A stretch of DNA of 49,497 nt, taken from Minisyncoccota bacterium (GTDB taxonomy: Bacteria > Patescibacteriota > Microgenomatia > UBA1400 > PJMF01). The translations under genes and the position numbers were made by a program. The notes beneath the pieces were generated by a model that saw only the letters and a program-made list of their open reading frames with translations, was not told the origin of the DNA and made no database searches. This document shows, in pieces, positions 46,355-49,497 of the stretch. The first letter of the stretch is position 1. Each line of letters opens with the position of its first letter. The stretch lies in contig VFLK01000013.1 of assembly GCA_009885085.1 (NCBI GenBank), forward strand, positions 1 to 49,497. The letters run 5' to 3'.

Positions 46355-48493
46355 CTAGAGCATTTCTAGCTTTGCTATTTTGTTCTTAGCTTCCTCATTT
46401 CCAGGAGAAATATAGTCAATGATATATTGAAGTTGCTCAATCGCTTTTTCAATTTCACCATTATTTTCATAGAGTTCTGAAGCCTTCCATCTTGCCTTCT
46501 CGTAATTTGGTTTAAGCTCTAGAGTTTTTTCAATCAATTGCAGTCCTGTTTCATTATTTCCATTGCTTAGTTCAATAATTGCTTGAGTATAAAAAAGTTT
46601 TGGATCGGTAGGCGAGAGCTCAATGGCCATATTGATAGTTTTTTGTGCCTCGGTTATAAATGACTCATCAATTTGTGACAAAGTGATGAAAACTCTAGAT
46701 CTGGTTTTATAGAAATTCAAGTGTCGATCATTATTTTCAATTGCAAGATCACTTGCTTTAATTGCTTCATTAGTGAGTTGAGCAGCAGCTGTTGCTTCTC
46801 CAGTTTTAGCAAATTCAGCTGCTAACATTGCATAGTTATCTGAGAGATTATCATAATATAAAGCTTCCTTTGGTGATTTTTGTGTAGCTTCTACTTGTTT
46901 TTGGATTCCCAAAAGGTAGTTATTAGAAGCAAAGTATGCTTTTCCTAAAGAAAATAATCTGTCTGCATCCCAGTAATTATAGATTTTTATTAATAATACA
47001 ATTGAAATGATACTTAACATTGTGATCGCAAAATATTGTTCAGGAGAATTAATTTCGGCTTTATTTTTTACTAAAGATTTTTGATTTTTTTGATTTTCTT
47101 CTTGATTTAAAGTGATAAATATTCCGAATAGGATAAACATTAGAGCATTTACCATAACGGTTGAAAATCCAAAAAAGTTTGAGATAAAAAGTCCAACAAT
47201 TCCTGCCAAAATGGCAACCGAGACGACTAGTGCTTCTTTATTCTTAAAAACAGCTTTGATGACTTCTATTCCAAATACTACAAAAATTAGTAAATAAGTT
47301 GCTAAGCCAAAAATTCCAGTAGTGGCCAAGAAGTTAATTAACTCGTTATGAGCTTTATTATATAGAAAGTCCCATTCAGAAACGTCATTGTGTTCTCTTG
47401 GTCTATCAAGATAATAGCTGTACGCAAATGTTTCAACTCCAGAACCTACGATTGGATACCTTTTCCAAATTTGTAGACCACCTTTCCAAACAATCTTTCT
47501 GATTTCTCCAGAGTCCGTTCCTCCTAATTCTAGTCGATTGGCAACGGGCTGCTCAGTTTCTTCTGAATTTGTTGAAGGAGCGGAGTTATTGTTTAAAATT
47601 TCAACTTGTTTATTTTTGTTGCTTATTTCCGAAAAAGAAGGAGTGTACATAGTTCCAAAAATTCCAGCTGTTAATACGATTATTGCTAGCAAGGCTGCAG
47701 CAAATTCAAGGTTGATTGCTTTTTCATTTCTCAAAAACGTTATTAATGCACCGATTAAAAAGATAAACATCCCGCCTGCCAAGCCAATTAATCCAGATCT
47801 CGATTTAGTAAATATTAATACTGCAAAAAGAAGCGCTGAAGCAACGCTAAAAAATAATTTTTGGGAGAAAATATTTTTCTTTTTTTGTATAGCAAGAGAT
47901 ATCCCAAGAGGTAAAATTGTAATTGCGTATGCAGCCAACCAGTTTGGTTGACCAAAAGTTGCATAAACTCTAGATTGTACGTCTTGTTTCCAACAACTAA
48001 CGCTAAAATCTTTAATTCCTGGTGCAAATAAACAACTTAATGAGTGCCCGAAGTGTTCAAGTATTCCGTATATTGAAACTATCGCTCCAGACATGAAGGT
48101 TGTTATCAAAATCCCAAGCAGATCCTTTTTCTTTACATTATTCACAAATGCAAAATAAAGTAGGGCATAGCTGATCATTGATATTAGTCCTCCATTAAAC
48201 CTAGAATAATAGCCCAGCATTGAGGTTCTTGGGTGAATGGAAAAAATTGTTGAAACAAGTTGGGAGACAATGAATAAAAAAATTGGAACGTCTAGCGGAG
48301 TTTTTTTGAAGATTAATTTCTTTTCTTGAATCATGCGGGCTAACCAGAAAAAAACGATTATTGTCGTCAGCGCGTAAACTAAAATCATTTTGTTAAACTC
48401 AAATAATTCTTCGTTAACAAATCTAAAGTAGAGAGGAACTGAAAATAGTAGAAAATTAAAAAAGAAGACTACTAATTTCCTGGGGTTTTTCAT
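46355..48493 (-). CDS. O-antigen ligase (Wzy_C) family protein with C-terminal TPRs
   Basis: RVYATFGQPNWLA, TKSRSG, R..VW, GSG.ETF, AHNE...G..G; TPR motifs. Confidence 0.85.
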   Translation of the reverse strand: MKNPRKLVVFFFNFLLFSVPLYFRFVNEELFEFNKMILVYALTTIIVFFWLARMIQEKKLIFKKTPLDVPIFLFIVSQLVSTIFSIHPRTSMLGYYSRFNGGLISMISYALLYFAFVNNVKKKDLLGILITTFMSGAIVSIYGILEHFGHSLSCLFAPGIKDFSVSCWKQDVQSRVYATFGQPNWLAAYAITILPLGISLAIQKKKNIFSQKLFFSVASALLFAVLIFTKSRSGLIGLAGGMFIFLIGALITFLRNEKAINLEFAAALLAIIVLTAGIFGTMYTPSFSEISNKNKQVEILNNNSAPSTNSEETEQPVANRLELGGTDSGEIRKIVWKGGLQIWKRYPIVGSGVETFAYSYYLDRPREHNDVSEWDFLYNKAHNELINFLATTGIFGLATYLLIFVVFGIEVIKAVFKNKEALVVSVAILAGIVGLFISNFFGFSTVMVNALMFILFGIFITLNQEENQKNQKSLVKNKAEINSPEQYFAITMLSIISIVLLIKIYNYWDADRLFSLGKAYFASNNYLLGIQKQVEATQKSPKEALYYDNLSDNYAMLAAEFAKTGEATAAAQLTNEAIKASDLAIENNDRHLNFYKTRSRVFITLSQIDESFITEAQKTINMAIELSPTDPKLFYTQAIIELSNGNNETGLQLIEKTLELKPNYEKARWKASELYENNGEIEKAIEQLQYIIDYISPGNEEAKNKIAKLEML

Positions 48494-48559
48494 ACTTATT
48501 ATAGTATCAGAAATTTGACTATTTCAAATTATAATAAAAAACTGCTATAGTTATCTTAT

Positions 48560-49357
48560 ATGAACGATAATACTGTCCAAAATCCACAAACAAACAATAC
48601 CTATGTTGATGATTATCAACCACCAGCACAAGTTTCTGATCCGGTAAATCCACCTACACAGGATATTCCAGAAACACCAGCTGAGCCTGTTAATTCTGGT
48701 TTTACACCTGAGCCTGTTAATTCTGGTTTCGAGCCTGAAAAGAAGTCTGAACAGATCACTGAACCAGCAATGCCAGTGGTAACAACTGACGTAGCTGATG
48801 ACGCCGCATCCGTTGATGAACCAGCAATGCCGGTGGCAACAGATGAACAAGCAATGCCTATGGAAACAAGTGATTTTTCAAATTCAGATAGCGAAACTCT
48901 AGAAGATCAAAATATTTTCTTTATGCTTGGGGTTGAAGACGGGAGTGACGAGGTAAAGGAAAACTTTTTAAATGAGCTTCAAAAAGTTATTTGGGATGAT
49001 TTTCTTGAAAATGATGTTAATCTGCTAATTACTTCTGAAGAAAAAGTGAAATTTGATGAATTAATTGCAAAAAAAGAACTGAGCGAGAAGCAAGGACTTA
49101 CCGAGGAAGCCAGTGAAGAAATTCAAGATGCACTAGTAACATATCTGGAATCATTAATTCCTGATCTAGAAGATATTATGCTAGAAAAAGCTTTAGATTT
49201 AAAATCTGACTTATATGTCGAAAGAATCAATGGACTAAGAGATTACTATGCAAATGATTCTGCTATGCTTGAAAAAATCAGTGAATCAGAAAAATTGATG
49301 AGTGAAGAGAAATGGTACTCATCTGCAGCATTATTGAATGGTTTTGGTATACAATGA
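48560..49357 (+). CDS. Acidic hypothetical protein, DUF5663-like C-terminus, repetitive N-terminus
   Basis: EPVNSGF x2, EPAMPV x2; NIF..LG......KE.FL......IP pattern. Confidence 0.6.
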   Translation: MNDNTVQNPQTNNTYVDDYQPPAQVSDPVNPPTQDIPETPAEPVNSGFTPEPVNSGFEPEKKSEQITEPAMPVVTTDVADDAASVDEPAMPVATDEQAMPMETSDFSNSDSETLEDQNIFFMLGVEDGSDEVKENFLNELQKVIWDDFLENDVNLLITSEEKVKFDELIAKKELSEKQGLTEEASEEIQDALVTYLESLIPDLEDIMLEKALDLKSDLYVERINGLRDYYANDSAMLEKISESEKLMSEEKWYSSAALLNGFGIQ

Positions 49358-49397
49358 TCGTAATATTTCATTACTTTTAAAGGATCATATTATGCAA

Positions 49398-49497
49398 GGG
49401 TCTTTCCTAGAATAACGGCTTAAAGCGGAGCATTTTTAACAGAATCTTGTAGATATTTTCGTTTCGGTGATTCCATCTCCACTCACTTTCTTTTAAG
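49398..49497 (-). mobile_element. End of IS1595-family (IS1016-like) insertion sequence
   Basis: Minus frame 49496-49407 LKESEWRWNHRNENIYKILLKMLRFKPLF* matches the DDE_Tnp_IS1595 C-terminus (E..WR.N.R); IR-like end GGGTCTTTCCTAGA at 49398. Confidence 0.75.

Noticed and set aside
48681-48846. 27-bp and 30-bp direct repeats
   Set aside because: In-frame coding repeats within a disordered N-terminus; not a separate element.
1246-48850. Numerous short antisense or alternate-frame ORFs in the track
   Set aside because: They are shadows of well-supported genes and lack motifs or initiation signals.

Overview
Low-GC chromosomal segment that looks like a Patescibacteria/CPR (Microgenomates-like) genome, standard code 11. 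The taxonomy is inferred from gene content and CPR-type surface proteins. Core genes: mreB-like, a MurL-MurD fusion, a tagA-type glycosyltransferase, rplL/rplJ with an L10 leader, thrS, rplA/rplK/nusG/secE, galU, four tRNAs (Thr-GGT, Tyr-GTA, Thr-TGT, Trp-CCA), rpmG, nadE/nadD, prs-like, rpmB, fmt, def and an O-antigen ligase/TPR protein. The end of an IS1595-family element lies at the right edge. Highlights: (1) an integrase-less array of co-oriented one- to three-gene cassettes downstream of tRNA-Trp, separated by a ~34-bp repeat resembling the tRNA-Trp 3' end and decaying with distance; (2) a Thr-rich leader-peptide attenuator in front of thrS, plus a second Ile-rich attenuator upstream; (3) an ~8-kb higher-GC, Shine-Dalgarno-led operon of membrane-anchored peptidoglycan-targeting proteins (M23+VanW, SH3, SLT); (4) pervasive leaderless promoter architecture in the native genes; (5) a structured repeat shared by two tRNA loci. 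All calls are by-eye motif recognition; no searches were run.
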